DNA from: a virus | Virus record (IMG/VR): IMGVR_UViG_3300044613_003178 | Direction: 5' to 3' (one strand) | Length of the DNA: 64,000 nucleotides | Part shown: in pieces, positions 25,876 through 39,059 of the stretch | How positions within the stretch are numbered: position 1 is the stretch's first letter | Layout of the letters: each line of letters starts with the position of its first letter | Notes under the pieces: model-generated | The model's input: the letters and a program-made list of their open reading frames with translations, nothing else | What the model was told of the DNA's origin: nothing | The model's database searches: none | Position numbers and translations under genes: made by a program

Positions 25876-25918
25876 GGTAATCTCCTTTAATTATAATATA
25901 CCACAAGTATCTATCAAG

Positions 25919-26254
25919 TCAAGAAACATTATCAAATAAAGTTGGTTCCTTATTTGAATTATTATATTGAATTTCATCAATTCTTCTATCAGCATCATTT
26001 AATGCATTTGAAAATACACGAAACTTTCTATCAATTTCATTATAAATTTCATTTTGTAGATTATCAATCTTATTTGTTAATCTTTCTGCATCCTTTTCTA
26101 GCATAGAACGAACATCATCTATTGATCTATAGACAATATCCATTTCTCTATCTAGATCATTTCTCGCAATTTCCTTCTTCATTTGAAAATACTTAACCAT
26201 GAAGAAACCAAGTAAACCAGACACAACCATGACTACTAATGTATTACTATCCAT
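25919..26254 (-). CDS. membrane-anchored coiled-coil protein
   Basis: N-terminal TM, heptads. Confidence 0.6.
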   Translation of the reverse strand: MDSNTLVVMVVSGLLGFFMVKYFQMKKEIARNDLDREMDIVYRSIDDVRSMLEKDAERLTNKIDNLQNEIYNEIDRKFRVFSNALNDADRRIDEIQYNNSNKEPTLFDNVS

Positions 26255-26268
26255 TTTATATCTCCTTA

Positions 26269-26616
26269 TTATCTAGAATAATCATCTGCAATTCTAACTA
26301 TGTCATTTTCTTCAAAAGACTCACCAAGTTGAACCTCAACAAAAACTAAAGGTTCTGTTCCATTATTTTCTATCCTGTGTTTTGCACCAACTGGAATATT
26401 TAACACATCACCAGTTGTGACATTATCCACAGCAATGTCATCTAAAGTAAATATTCCATTACCAGATACCACCACCCATCTTTCACTTCTCTTGTGATGA
26501 TACTGATAACTCAATCTATGACCTGGATTTACTGTTATTCTTTTTACCTTTGTATCAGTACCAGAATAAAGAACTTCAAATTTGCCCCAAGGTCTTTCTT
26601 CAACATATATTCCCAT
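26269..26616 (-). CDS. mannose-6-phosphate isomerase-type cupin
   Basis: ERPWG, LSYQYHHKRSERW, EVQLG...ENDIVRIADDY. Confidence 0.85.
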   Translation of the reverse strand: MGIYVEERPWGKFEVLYSGTDTKVKRITVNPGHRLSYQYHHKRSERWVVVSGNGIFTLDDIAVDNVTTGDVLNIPVGAKHRIENNGTEPLVFVEVQLGESFEENDIVRIADDYSR

Positions 26617-26617
26617 A

Positions 26618-28540
26618 TTATCCTCCACTTGTCAAATCCACCAATTCACACTTATCACCACTACATGCAAAGGTTTGAGTTCCTACTGTCTGATCAACCT
26701 TTTCATATTTTGTGAGTTCACTCCAGTCCACATCCTTTGGCATCTTCTCAAGGATTGCTTCGTATAGTTCCTTTGTAATATCCTGATATGGTGCTTGACG
26801 ATATGAGTGATCTGAGTGTGGCAAGAACGAAATACCACTGATCTCGTCAAAGTGCTTGTACACCCAAGCACCAACCTCCATCCACTCGTGTTCCTTTACA
26901 GTCACAGTGATTGACGGCTTGTGTTCACACCAATTACGCTGATATGCTAACCAAAGTTCTAGATGCTCAATAGCAGTCATATCGTTACGAGTAACTGATC
27001 CCTCTGCCTTCATTGGGAATGAGAAAACCATAACTGAGTCTGGCTTCATGACACAAGGTTCGTGGGGGAAACCTTTGTCGATCATGAGTTGACACAGTGG
27101 ATCTTTACGATCTGCACGAACAGTACGGATGTAATACTGGTTGTGTCGAGCATGGATACCAGATGCAGCATCGGTGAGTTGTGATACAGTACCACTTGGC
27201 TTGATGCAAGTGATTGCTGCTGCAGCATTAATGCCTAACTTCTTTGCCCATTCCTTATTGGTATCAACTGCATGTTGCTTTAGATTTTCAAGGTTTGCCT
27301 TAAGACCGTGTTGATCGCGCATCATTGCATTATCAAGAATACCTGTGAGAGATACACCTAGTAGTGCTTCTTCTTCACAATTCTTTCTCCACTCTGATGA
27401 AAGATATGGGAAATGCAACATTGATGCTTGCCATGTTCCAAGAATTGCAGCAAGTTTAACCTTACGAGCAAGACTCTCCATAGTATCGTTTGTTCTTACA
27501 ATTACTTCTGTTAGATTGCAGAACTGACGATCTCGTAGAATAATTTCTGAGCAAGGATTTGTACCGAATTCATAACTTGGATCACGACGATCACCAAGTT
27601 TGGCTACCGTCTTTTGGCAAGCGTCACGATTGAAGATACCACGCTCACCACTCTTGCTCTTGTAGAGAGATACCCACTCTTCCATAAATGTACCAATTTC
27701 TGGCTTCTCTTTGTAGACGACGCTATTGTTCGCAAGTGCTCTTTGAGAATTAGCCTCCCACCATGCGCCAGTCTTAGCATCACGCATTCTTTCGTCCGTG
27801 AGATTCGATAGGCTAATAAGAGCGGATCTACGCACGCCTCCGACCACAACAACTTCCGCAATCTTACAGACGAGATCGTGGCATTCGATGGAGGTGAGTT
27901 TGCGTCCAGCACTTCTTCTAAATGTATCCACTGTGAACCTAAACAGATCATCCAGTGGCTTTGGACCAGATGCACGACCTCCAAAAGTTTTGAGTCTGGC
28001 ACCAGCAGGGCGTATCTTAGATAAGTCCCATCTTGGAATTTGACCACCAATGAGTAAGGAGACAAGTTCCTTGTAAGCTTTAGCCCAACCAGCCTTGCTG
28101 TCTTGTACAATGATCGTCGTATCTGAGTCAGTAAACTCTTCAGCGACTGTAGGTAGTTTATCGACATAATGACGCTCCACTGAGAAACCGACTCCGGTTC
28201 CACACATAAGAATATATAGAATTTCATCAAAAGCACGAACACGATTTATTGCAACATATGAGCAGTTATAACCAGCAGTGTTATCACGATCAAGTGCTTC
28301 TCCTGCTGTCATAAGCGCACGCATAGAAGGCATAATCTCTTGTTGAAGAACTGCTTGACGGAGTTCTTCACGAGTTGCTTTATCCAACTTGCACATGGTA
28401 TTTTCCTTAAGGTGCTTATCAAAGTGTTGGAAATACCTATCAACTGTTTCTTCCCATGTTTCTCTACGACCTTCGGTTTCTAACCATCGGCTGTAGCGTG
28501 AAAGATGAATGAATTGTTGATATGAAGTTGGTAATTGCAT
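26618..28540 (-). CDS. nrdJ: class II (AdoCbl-dependent) ribonucleotide reductase
   Basis: VVVGGVRRSA, TNPCSEI, CNLTE, TCIKPSGTVS, C-terminal ACSGDKC; no beta subunit nearby. Confidence 0.9.
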   Translation of the reverse strand: MQLPTSYQQFIHLSRYSRWLETEGRRETWEETVDRYFQHFDKHLKENTMCKLDKATREELRQAVLQQEIMPSMRALMTAGEALDRDNTAGYNCSYVAINRVRAFDEILYILMCGTGVGFSVERHYVDKLPTVAEEFTDSDTTIIVQDSKAGWAKAYKELVSLLIGGQIPRWDLSKIRPAGARLKTFGGRASGPKPLDDLFRFTVDTFRRSAGRKLTSIECHDLVCKIAEVVVVGGVRRSALISLSNLTDERMRDAKTGAWWEANSQRALANNSVVYKEKPEIGTFMEEWVSLYKSKSGERGIFNRDACQKTVAKLGDRRDPSYEFGTNPCSEIILRDRQFCNLTEVIVRTNDTMESLARKVKLAAILGTWQASMLHFPYLSSEWRKNCEEEALLGVSLTGILDNAMMRDQHGLKANLENLKQHAVDTNKEWAKKLGINAAAAITCIKPSGTVSQLTDAASGIHARHNQYYIRTVRADRKDPLCQLMIDKGFPHEPCVMKPDSVMVFSFPMKAEGSVTRNDMTAIEHLELWLAYQRNWCEHKPSITVTVKEHEWMEVGAWVYKHFDEISGISFLPHSDHSYRQAPYQDITKELYEAILEKMPKDVDWSELTKYEKVDQTVGTQTFACSGDKCELVDLTSGG

Positions 28541-28599
28541 ATATTTCTCCTTTGTGTGCTAAAGTATACCTTCGCTTGTGAGTTTGTCAACTATTTAGA

Positions 28600-28842
28600 T
28601 CAGAAAGTTCCACCATCTACAGAACCAACCACACTTGTTGTAAAATTACCAACAAGATCAGTTATTCCATTAGAATAGGTCGCATTCAAATCATTATTTG
28701 TATTTAAGTCTAGATTGATAATGTATGGTGTTGAAGAAACCATTTGAAGTTTCTTGTACCAAGCAGAACCATTCCATACCCATGTAATTTCATTAAAGGT
28801 GTATTCTTGATTTAATATTGGATTTGCTGGAAAGTCTAGCAT
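28600..28842 (-). CDS. small virion/fibre-associated protein
   Basis: LDFPANP...WVWNGSAW; DGGTF end. Confidence 0.55.
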   Translation of the reverse strand: MLDFPANPILNQEYTFNEITWVWNGSAWYKKLQMVSSTPYIINLDLNTNNDLNATYSNGITDLVGNFTTSVVGSVDGGTF

Positions 28843-28850
28843 GTTTTACC

Positions 28851-30079
28851 TCAGATAAGTTCGAACCAAGACAGATCAACAAAACAAACAGCACCGGAGT
28901 TTATTGGTGTAAAAGTCAAAACAAATGTGTCAGACACACCTGCTTGTGTTCTACCTAATTGAAAATTGAAATCATTTATACTAGAAAGACTAAGAGAACC
29001 ACTACTACTAATATAACCACCAATGATATCATTACCACCAGATACTCCTGTTGCAGTGATATTGTAATCAACATTTCCATTATAGTGAGTTGACCAAGAA
29101 CCACCAGTTAATGTTGGATTTAATAAAATTCTATATTGAACTGTATCTGGTTTATTTGCGCCGGTTTCGTTTAATACTGCACTAATATTTGATGGAACGA
29201 TGACACTATCCAATCTATTTGAATTCAAACGCAAAGCAATCATTGGATATTGAGTGCCAGCAGTAGTAAGCGTAGTTCCAGTAGAACCATTTCTAGTGAC
29301 ATTATATCTTCTAGCAAATCCTTCATATCCACCTTCAGACATAACAGATGAACAAATACTCTTCATAGTTGAAGATGAAGATGTTGTTCCTGTATTTTCT
29401 ATTTCATATCTAATTGGTAAACATGCAGTTGTCATATAAGTTGTTCTATTTAAATTATCATTGTGAAACACATGTGCAACCACTGGTTTTCCATCAACAA
29501 AGAATCCACAACGAACATCACCTACACCTAACCATTCAATATCCATCCAAAAAATATTCGCTTTTGTGACATCTAAAGTTCTACCAGATGGACCAGTTCC
29601 ATCAAACTTATCAGTATTCCAGTCACTTTGATTTACTTCGGTGAACACATCATTAGTATCTATTGACTGTGATGCAAGAACTATTCTAAGTTGCGTTCCA
29701 TTCTGCTCAAAATAGACACCATTCAAAGGTGTTCCTGCATTTGAACTAAAGTAACCAACTCTTTGTCTTAAGTTTGCCTTTGGTGTTGCAAATGCAAAGG
29801 TAGAAATAACCAATAATGATTTTCCTGGTTGATAAGCAAATACTCTTTTTGTTTCTCTGTAAACTTTGGAACCTGATGTAGTAGTTACAGACATATTAAT
29901 AACACTTTCACTATTGATGAATGTACTGGTTCCACCACTTGCAGTCAATGTGTCCCATTTATCATTCTCTTGATAACGGTGCTGTGAATCAAACAGAGTA
30001 AATGGTTGTGATACTTTTAATCTGTTGAAACCATCAACAGCATTGTCAACAAACCCAACTTTATTATCAAAAAGGTAAC

Positions 30080-30083
<4 letters not shown>
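28851..30083 (-). CDS. conserved virion structural protein
   Basis: DGFNRLKVSQPFTLFD, YQPGKS, EWLGVG motifs. Confidence 0.65.
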
Positions 30084-31666
<1,583 letters not shown>

Positions 31667-31679
31667 ATGTCTATTTATT

Positions 31680-32348
31680 TTAAGTTAAATGTTTCCAGCA
31701 AACCGGGAAGAGAGGCTCAATAATATTTGAAATTGCTGCCGCAAACTGCTGAACTTCCCATTGGGCATGAGCGTCTATTCGCTGTTTAAAGACACGGGCG
31801 AACGCTGAGAGCGATCCTGTCCACCACCACTCGGTGTAGGTTCCCTGTGGCAATATAGCGCGTGCTTGTTCTGGAGCAACCCCTCTTTTTAACAAATTAT
31901 TATATACATTTATACAGTCTACCATGCAGGGAACATACATTTGATCAATATCTGTAGTATCTTCTATAAAATTTGAACTTCCCTGCTTTGCACCATCAGT
32001 AGGAGCATATCTCCATCTAGGCGTATAGATCTCTGGATGAAATGTAACATAACGACGAGAAATCTCATTTTCTGTAAAACCAACCTTATGTTTAAAAAGT
32101 TGAGTTCTTACAAATATTGGTGCTTTAATTCTTAAAGTTATTTGTGGATGTGAGAACGGTGTCCAGTGATTGTGCTTAGCCAAGTAAGAAATTAGTTTTT
32201 CATCTCTCTCACCAAATTCTTCACTCTCTTTATTGAAAGAAACTCTAGCAGCATTTACTACTGTTAGATCATCTCCCATATGAGAAACATATTGCACAAA
32301 TCCATTATCAAGAACTCTAATCTTATCCGTAGTACTGGTCATCGTCAT
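31680..32348 (-). CDS. thyX: flavin-dependent thymidylate synthase
   Basis: VNAARVS, HWTPF, NEISRRY, PEQARAILP, HAQWE. Confidence 0.9.
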   Translation of the reverse strand: MTMTSTTDKIRVLDNGFVQYVSHMGDDLTVVNAARVSFNKESEEFGERDEKLISYLAKHNHWTPFSHPQITLRIKAPIFVRTQLFKHKVGFTENEISRRYVTFHPEIYTPRWRYAPTDGAKQGSSNFIEDTTDIDQMYVPCMVDCINVYNNLLKRGVAPEQARAILPQGTYTEWWWTGSLSAFARVFKQRIDAHAQWEVQQFAAAISNIIEPLFPVCWKHLT

Positions 32349-32637
32349 AAAAATCACCTTCACTTTCTTCATCGTCACCTGGGTAAAAATCATCTGGACC
32401 GTAAGGACCATTATCATTTATTTCTTCTGTTATGTCTACACTATCGCCAGTTTCTGCAACATTTCTTTCTTCTAAACTAAAATCGTTTATAATCACACCT
32501 GTTAAGTCTTCTGCATATTCAACTGCTTTATTAAACAACTCAGGATTTACACTCCTTAAGTATTCCATAACAGCAAAACAATATGAAACAATTGGGTGTT
32601 CTATGTGGAAACTTTCTTCGTTTTCTGATTCTGACAT
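32323..32637 (-). CDS. acidic hypothetical protein
   Basis: ORF between primase and thyX. Confidence 0.55.
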   Translation of the reverse strand: MSESENEESFHIEHPIVSYCFAVMEYLRSVNPELFNKAVEYAEDLTGVIINDFSLEERNVAETGDSVDITEEINDNGPYGPDDFYPGDDEESEGDFYDDDQYYG

Positions 32638-32639
32638 GT

Positions 32640-33662
32640 TTAAATCCTCTTCCATTGTTGAAGTTTTAACTTTGCTTCCATTCCCGAGTAAGAATTTTCA
32701 ATAATAATATTTTGTAGTTCTGTGTTTGTATAGCCATTCAGGATCATATCGTTAATATCTTTTTGTTCTATGTTACTTGGCCAAATACAAACAGTTCTTC
32801 CATTATTTATTAATTTTTCTATTTGAACGACTACTTGTTTGTTTCTTGGTTCGTTATCTATAATGAAGATTAAATCTTTATCCTTCAATGGATCTGGAAT
32901 GTTAGATCCATCATTCAATCCAATCATTGCAACACAATTGTCAAGAAACAGAGAATCCAACGGACCCTCTACTACAAAATACTTCTTATCATCATTCAAA
33001 CGACAGAACCCATACCAGAGTCTTTCAATACTCTTATCTGCTTTAATTGTGATATAACGAATAGCATTCTTGCTCTTTGATAATGTTCTACCCTGAATAG
33101 CAATTACACGGTTTTTTGTATTCAATACAGGAATTACAAGACGAGGTTCTTTTTCAAGTTTGACTTCAGGATCTAGTTTACTTGCAAGAGAACCGAAGTC
33201 ATCCGTATAGTATAGGACACTGTAAAACTCTTGTGGAATTTTTCTACCTGTAACAAATTTTCTACACGGATGATCTTCGTCCAATTCATCAATTCTCTTC
33301 AATCCATCAAGAACATTATCAGAAATATTGAACTTTGGTTGTTCAAATTTAAATTCTGGTTTCTTGTAGTTTGAATTACCATTTTCTCCATTCTTCCATC
33401 GTTCAAGAGAATATTCTTTGCAAAGAGCAGGTGATACAGATTCTAGGAATTTATACATTGTGGTTGATACTCCACAATTATGACAACGATAAAACATATC
33501 GTTGTTCTTTGCAAAGAAGAATCCTCTAGCCTTGCTCTTATTCTTCTTTGAATCACCACAGATAGGACATCTGCAATTTGCAAGATTCTCTTTCTTCCAA
33601 GCAAACTTTGGAAGCATTGGAGAAACCATGTTAATGAATTTTTTATCAATAATTAAAGACAT
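32640..33662 (-). CDS. 61: DNA primase (T4 gp61)
   Basis: CPICGDS...CHNCG, VEGPLDSLF, DNEPRN, KDIND. Confidence 0.92.
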   Translation of the reverse strand: MSLIIDKKFINMVSPMLPKFAWKKENLANCRCPICGDSKKNKSKARGFFFAKNNDMFYRCHNCGVSTTMYKFLESVSPALCKEYSLERWKNGENGNSNYKKPEFKFEQPKFNISDNVLDGLKRIDELDEDHPCRKFVTGRKIPQEFYSVLYYTDDFGSLASKLDPEVKLEKEPRLVIPVLNTKNRVIAIQGRTLSKSKNAIRYITIKADKSIERLWYGFCRLNDDKKYFVVEGPLDSLFLDNCVAMIGLNDGSNIPDPLKDKDLIFIIDNEPRNKQVVVQIEKLINNGRTVCIWPSNIEQKDINDMILNGYTNTELQNIIIENSYSGMEAKLKLQQWKRI

Positions 33663-33817
33663 TATCTTGCATTTGGAAAGTTATACTTTGCCCATTCACG
33701 CCACTCTGGAAGTTCTTCATCACGAATATTTGGTAATGCTGCTAAACGCTGCTCTAATGTGCGAGTATCATCATCACTTACAATCTGAACTTGCTTCATT
33801 GTAATTTCTTCTACCAT
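33662..33817 (-). CDS. 51-aa hypothetical
   Basis: Hand-translated; RBS AAGGAG. Confidence 0.5.
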   Translation of the reverse strand: MVEEITMKQVQIVSDDDTRTLEQRLAALPNIRDEELPEWREWAKYNFPNAR

Positions 33818-33826
33818 AGTATCTCC

Positions 33827-35236
33827 TTAATTAGTCCAATCTTCTGATTTTTTAAATTTACGAACACTAAATTTGGAAGTGTACTTATTATCATGCCCTT
33901 CCGATCCAACATCTTCATCCTCTCCAGTCCCAGTCAATCCATCTTGTGCTGATGCATCAAGATTGTATAGTTTCATCTTTGCACGATTGATACCAATAAC
34001 AAACTTACGATTGCTCGCAAGATCATTATACCGATTCTTCAACTGCTTCACCATGACTTGATTTCTCTTATCAAGTTCTTCAGTTGCAATAATTGCAAAC
34101 ATGAAATCTGCTGTTGCTGGCAAACCAAATGACTCTGAAGTATTCTCAAGACCGAAATCGGTATTGTTGTAACCTTCACGATTCACCTGAGTTGCAGAGA
34201 ACACCGGAACACCAAGTTCAACTGCAAGACCACGAAGTTCTTCTGCAATTGACTTAATGTAAGTATAGGAATTCACAGAACCACCCTGCTTCATACGGGC
34301 AGATGCACAAATGTTCAGATAATCAATAAAGATGATATCAGGAACAAACTTCTTCTTGAGTTTCAATTCATTGACAAGATATCTGAAGTGATTCACATGT
34401 GCAGTTGCAGTTGGATATTCCTTGATGATAAGTTTACCAGTAACTCCTCTAGTTGCATTGAATAACTTCTTTGCATAAACTTGCTTTGGTAAGGACTTTA
34501 GTTCATCAATTGTAATATCCATGATATTGGCATCGATACGCTCTGCGATTCTTTCTTCTGCCATCTCACAGGTGATGTATAATACATTCTTGTTTTGTAT
34601 CAAACAATTTGCTGCTTGGTGACAGAGGAATAGAGACTTACCAACACCAGTACCTGCGATTACGATGTTTAGAGTTTTTGTAGCAACTCCTCCCTTCGTA
34701 ATATCATTGAAGAACTCCAAATCAAATGGAATCTTCTTTTCTACCGTATGATAGAATTCATATCGCTTTTCTGAATCCTTGATATAATCGTGACCGATAT
34801 TTGTATCAAAAGATACTGCTAAAGCATCAGAAAGAATAGATGGAAGTGCTTCCTTCGTATGTGTTTGTGACTTTCCATCTATGATATGAATCGATTCAAG
34901 GATTGCATTATAGATTGCTTTATCCTTGCAGAACTTTTCTGTCTCATTCACAAGCCACTGCTCATCCTGTTCAGAGGTTGAGTAGTCGTTAATTTTCTGC
35001 AACATAGAATCATACTCTTGTTGAGTTAGATTCTTGTTGTTAGAAAGATCTACCAGTAGTGCTTCTTTAGTGGGAAGTTTGTTATACTTAGAGACAAATT
35101 CAGATATAGTCTTATAGATGACTTTATCTTCTTTTGTTTGGAAGTACTCATCCTTTAGGAATGGTACAACCTTTCTAGTATAATTCTCGTTGTAAAGAAG
35201 ATTTTCTAGAATTACTTTTTCAACAATAGAATTCAT
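33827..35236 (-). CDS. 41: replicative helicase (T4 gp41)
   Basis: [35 protein letters not shown]. Confidence 0.95.
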   Translation of the reverse strand: MNSIVEKVILENLLYNENYTRKVVPFLKDEYFQTKEDKVIYKTISEFVSKYNKLPTKEALLVDLSNNKNLTQQEYDSMLQKINDYSTSEQDEQWLVNETEKFCKDKAIYNAILESIHIIDGKSQTHTKEALPSILSDALAVSFDTNIGHDYIKDSEKRYEFYHTVEKKIPFDLEFFNDITKGGVATKTLNIVIAGTGVGKSLFLCHQAANCLIQNKNVLYITCEMAEERIAERIDANIMDITIDELKSLPKQVYAKKLFNATRGVTGKLIIKEYPTATAHVNHFRYLVNELKLKKKFVPDIIFIDYLNICASARMKQGGSVNSYTYIKSIAEELRGLAVELGVPVFSATQVNREGYNNTDFGLENTSESFGLPATADFMFAIIATEELDKRNQVMVKQLKNRYNDLASNRKFVIGINRAKMKLYNLDASAQDGLTGTGEDEDVGSEGHDNKYTSKFSVRKFKKSEDWTN

Positions 35237-36276
35237 TCTTCAGTTTCTTGTTCGCTTGCTCCTGCTCCGTACTTGAACTCGACTGCAACCGCTGCTTCGA
35301 GTTTTTCCATTACTTCCTTGGTAAAATACTTCTCTGGCTCTTCGATGAGGTTCTTCTCGAATGCCTTGCTACCATCTGGAAGTTCAATACGGGTTGAAAC
35401 CTTCTTGAATATACCATGCTTTAGTGCCAAGTCAACAAGTCCGTAGTACTTATTTAAACCACTATCGTAGTTCAACTTAACATCTACCATCTGGTTTTCC
35501 TTAGTAAGACGACTCTTGTACAACTTGCAGTGAATAATGTTACCAACTACCTGTCCTTCTGAATTCTTATCCTTCTTCTTTGAAAGATAAACAATTGTAG
35601 AAGCAGCATACTTTAGACCAGAACCACCTGACATTTCCTTGGTTGGAACATAAGAACCAACAACATCATAGGTATGATTAGTCATTAGTAGAGGAATACC
35701 AGCCTTACCTAACTTAAGAGTAAGTACACGGAAGGTGCTCTTGATAACCTGTGAGCGGGTCATATCACGAACTTCCTTACCCTCTGCAGTATCTGCCATT
35801 TCCTTACTGGTTGACAACATACCAAGTGAGTCTAGAACAACCATCATTGGCTTACGATCTTCCTTTGATTGCTCCATATACTTGTCAAGAATCTTGATAA
35901 GTTGTAGACGGAACTCTTCAATAGTTGCTACAGGGAACACAGCAACTTGCTTAGAGTTAACACCACGACTGATAAACATATCAGAAGTAACCGCTTGCTC
36001 TGTATCGAAGTAAAGAACAATACCATCCTTGCGATCCTCAAGGAACTTCTTCACAATACCGATTGAGAAATAAGTCTTACCAGTTGCAGACTCACCTGCT
36101 AGAGCAATGATCTTATTGTCAGGAATACCACCATAAAGTGAACCTGAAACTAGAGCATTGAATGCATAAGAACCTGTATCAACAAATCCCTTTACATCGC
36201 TTCCTTCAAGACCATCCTCAACTAGTCCTGCATACTCATTACCAGAAGACTTAATAATATCATCAATAAATCCCAT
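35233..36276 (-). CDS. uvsX: RecA-like recombinase
   Basis: [23 protein letters not shown]. Confidence 0.92.
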   Translation of the reverse strand: MGFIDDIIKSSGNEYAGLVEDGLEGSDVKGFVDTGSYAFNALVSGSLYGGIPDNKIIALAGESATGKTYFSIGIVKKFLEDRKDGIVLYFDTEQAVTSDMFISRGVNSKQVAVFPVATIEEFRLQLIKILDKYMEQSKEDRKPMMVVLDSLGMLSTSKEMADTAEGKEVRDMTRSQVIKSTFRVLTLKLGKAGIPLLMTNHTYDVVGSYVPTKEMSGGSGLKYAASTIVYLSKKKDKNSEGQVVGNIIHCKLYKSRLTKENQMVDVKLNYDSGLNKYYGLVDLALKHGIFKKVSTRIELPDGSKAFEKNLIEEPEKYFTKEVMEKLEAAVAVEFKYGAGASEQETEE

Positions 36277-36288
36277 ATTAATCCTTTC

Positions 36289-36486
36289 TCAAATTGTTCC
36301 TGCTTGTACCGCTTTTTCCAACATATACGACGCTTCACGACATTTCTTTCTCTCTTCAATCAACTCATTATAATAGTCTAGACTTGCTTTCTTATCTCTT
36401 TGAGATCTATTGATATAACTCTCAAGATCAAGAAGACGATTCTTAACTAATTGCTGAAGATATTCTACTAATTCATTCTCTTTCAT
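36289..36486 (-). CDS. hypothetical protein
   Basis: ATGA coupling to gp43. Confidence 0.5.
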   Translation of the reverse strand: MKENELVEYLQQLVKNRLLDLESYINRSQRDKKASLDYYNELIEERKKCREASYMLEKAVQAGTI

Positions 36487-39059
36487 ATGAATAAACTCTC
36501 CAATGTTGTCCTTCTCTCAAGATCCCAACCTATGACCTTAACGATAGTAGAGAGAGGTTCTATAAAGCTCTTTTCGAACTGCTTATTGTAGTCAATGTAG
36601 TTATGCAGTTCAAGTTCTTTTGGCAAAGTATTTGTAAACGAAATGACATGTTCACCAATTGGATTTGGTGTTTTCAAATAAACAAACTTGACCTTTTCGC
36701 CATCTTTAATTACAGAATACTTCTTTGTTAATTTGTGTTTTTTGAGATGATGGTTGAATAGCAATGCACCCTTCACAGCAATCGGTGTAGACTTCTTGTA
36801 AATACTTGAAGAATCAGAATATTCATTTATTCCATTACATCCTCTTGGGAATGCAACTGCTTCTACTGGTGAAGTAATAAATTGATTTTTAAATTCATCT
36901 TTAAAAGAAATCAAAGTATCTTCATCTGAATTCATAATAATATGAATTGCTTTCTTCAAACCATCACGGACAATTTGTGGAGTTGAAGAACGGGTTGTTT
37001 CAATACCCATGATCTTCATCTCTGGTTCTTTCAGAAGAACATTGTCTTCACCCATCATCACATTCAACATGTATCGCTTCTTTGCAGTCCAGATACCCTT
37101 ACTGGAGATAGACTCACGCTTCATATGCATTTTTTGATCATATGCATTCATGATTTTTGCAAGTTCATTATACTTCTTTTCAATAAATGGATTGATGATC
37201 TCATTACACGCTTTGTCCAAGAACTTAACTACCTTCTCATTATCAGGTACATTACCCTTGAAAGACTTCTCTACTAGTTTATCGAGACAGAGATAAACAG
37301 AGTCTGTATCTGATGCAATAACATAATCAACTCCTGTGGTTCCAATATTCTTGTTCAGGAAAACATTCAAAGCATTCTCAATCCAACGAATAGACAATTG
37401 ACCAGATACAGTGATTGCTTCTGCAAGATCAAGATCATAATAACGGAAGTATTGATTACCTACAGCACCGAAGGCAGAGTTCAATTGAATCTTTCGAACT
37501 AACTGGAAGTTGTGATACTTACTGATATCAAACTTAATTTGCTGCTCTTCTTTCTTGCTCAGATTCTTTTCATTCTTCAACCTACGCTTCGAGTCCAACA
37601 TCTTCTCCTTGTACATCTTTCGTTCTTTGTACATGGTTTCCATGAGTTCTGCTAGGAATCCCTGCTTGTCTTTCTTGAAGTAGACACCATTTGCAGCCAT
37701 GCTAAGATTCTTTTCACGAATTGTAGTCTGATGATCTGTTAGTTGTAGGAACTGCTTCTTAGATTCTTCGCTGTTGGGATATAGGACATCTTCTGGTCGA
37801 AGAGTTCCACGCTTACCCATTTCATGCTTCATCTCGGGTGAGATGTTATACTGCATGATAAGATGTGGATAAAGAGAATCCAAGTCGAAGGATACAATCC
37901 ATTTATGCATACCAACTTGTGGTTCCTTCACATATGCACCAACGAATGCAGTATCCTTCTCTTCAATATTCTTCTGTGGAATTACAATCTTCTTTGCATT
38001 CAAATAATGATAGATGATTGTATCCCAAGTTCGAACTTGAGAAAACACATCAACTAGATTTACTTTTGCAGAATACGCAAGAGCGAGAGCGAGTTCAAGA
38101 AGTTTAAGTTTCTGTTCAAGTTTAACTACTAGATCAACATCCTTCACATTATACTGAACGAACTTCTGAAAGTCTCGTGTGTACATGTCAAGAATACCAT
38201 CGAATCCCTCGAACGATGCTTTCTTCTCACCAAGTTCTGCATATGAAATATGATTGAGACTGTAAGACTCTTGAGTTACGAATGTAAACTTCTTGTAGAG
38301 ATCAAGGTAATCTAGAATGGAAACACCCAACAGATCATAAGCGATCTGCTCTCTCTGCATGATGTACACCTTACGAGGTTTTACAATACCCCAAGGAGAG
38401 AGTCTTCCAACTTCACCGTCACCAAATAAATTTGTAATTCGGTTTACAAGATATGGAATATCGAAGAACTGAATGTTCCATCCCGTGATGATATCAAAGT
38501 CATAATACTTCCACTGCTCAATGAATGCTTGAAGCATTTCCTTCTCACAATCATATTCAAACACCATGTGGTTGTTTTGAACTGGTTTTGCTCTACCAAG
38601 ACAATAGGTATGAATTGTTTCCTTACCTTGTTGTAGGAAACGAACAGTAATAATATTGACCTTTTGATCTGCTTTCTCTACTGTTGGGAATCCATCCTCA
38701 CACTGTGTTTCAATATCAAGATAGCACACCTTCAAAGTGTTTGGATCATATTCTAGATTTGGAAAACGATCACCAATAAATTGATACTGATAATCAGTAT
38801 TACCATAGATTTGATAACCTTGAACATCCTTGTATTCTTCAATCATTTCTCTACAATCAGAGATAGAATCAAACTCAAAAGGAACAACTGGAAGATTGTC
38901 CAGAGTTCTCCAAGGAGTGGTCTTGATCTGATCGGGTCCTGCAGGAACATAAAGAGTTGGAGAGAACTTGACCTTCTCTCTTACTCTCTTACCATTCTTG
39001 TAACCAGTGTACAGAATAGAGTTACCACGGACAGAAACATGTGTATAGAATTCACTCAT
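36483..39059 (-). CDS. 43: family B DNA polymerase (T4 gp43)
   Basis: DIET, FDLDSLYP, KIQLNSAFG, SDTDS, KKRY. Confidence 0.95.
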   Translation of the reverse strand: MSEFYTHVSVRGNSILYTGYKNGKRVREKVKFSPTLYVPAGPDQIKTTPWRTLDNLPVVPFEFDSISDCREMIEEYKDVQGYQIYGNTDYQYQFIGDRFPNLEYDPNTLKVCYLDIETQCEDGFPTVEKADQKVNIITVRFLQQGKETIHTYCLGRAKPVQNNHMVFEYDCEKEMLQAFIEQWKYYDFDIITGWNIQFFDIPYLVNRITNLFGDGEVGRLSPWGIVKPRKVYIMQREQIAYDLLGVSILDYLDLYKKFTFVTQESYSLNHISYAELGEKKASFEGFDGILDMYTRDFQKFVQYNVKDVDLVVKLEQKLKLLELALALAYSAKVNLVDVFSQVRTWDTIIYHYLNAKKIVIPQKNIEEKDTAFVGAYVKEPQVGMHKWIVSFDLDSLYPHLIMQYNISPEMKHEMGKRGTLRPEDVLYPNSEESKKQFLQLTDHQTTIREKNLSMAANGVYFKKDKQGFLAELMETMYKERKMYKEKMLDSKRRLKNEKNLSKKEEQQIKFDISKYHNFQLVRKIQLNSAFGAVGNQYFRYYDLDLAEAITVSGQLSIRWIENALNVFLNKNIGTTGVDYVIASDTDSVYLCLDKLVEKSFKGNVPDNEKVVKFLDKACNEIINPFIEKKYNELAKIMNAYDQKMHMKRESISSKGIWTAKKRYMLNVMMGEDNVLLKEPEMKIMGIETTRSSTPQIVRDGLKKAIHIIMNSDEDTLISFKDEFKNQFITSPVEAVAFPRGCNGINEYSDSSSIYKKSTPIAVKGALLFNHHLKKHKLTKKYSVIKDGEKVKFVYLKTPNPIGEHVISFTNTLPKELELHNYIDYNKQFEKSFIEPLSTIVKVIGWDLERRTTLESLFI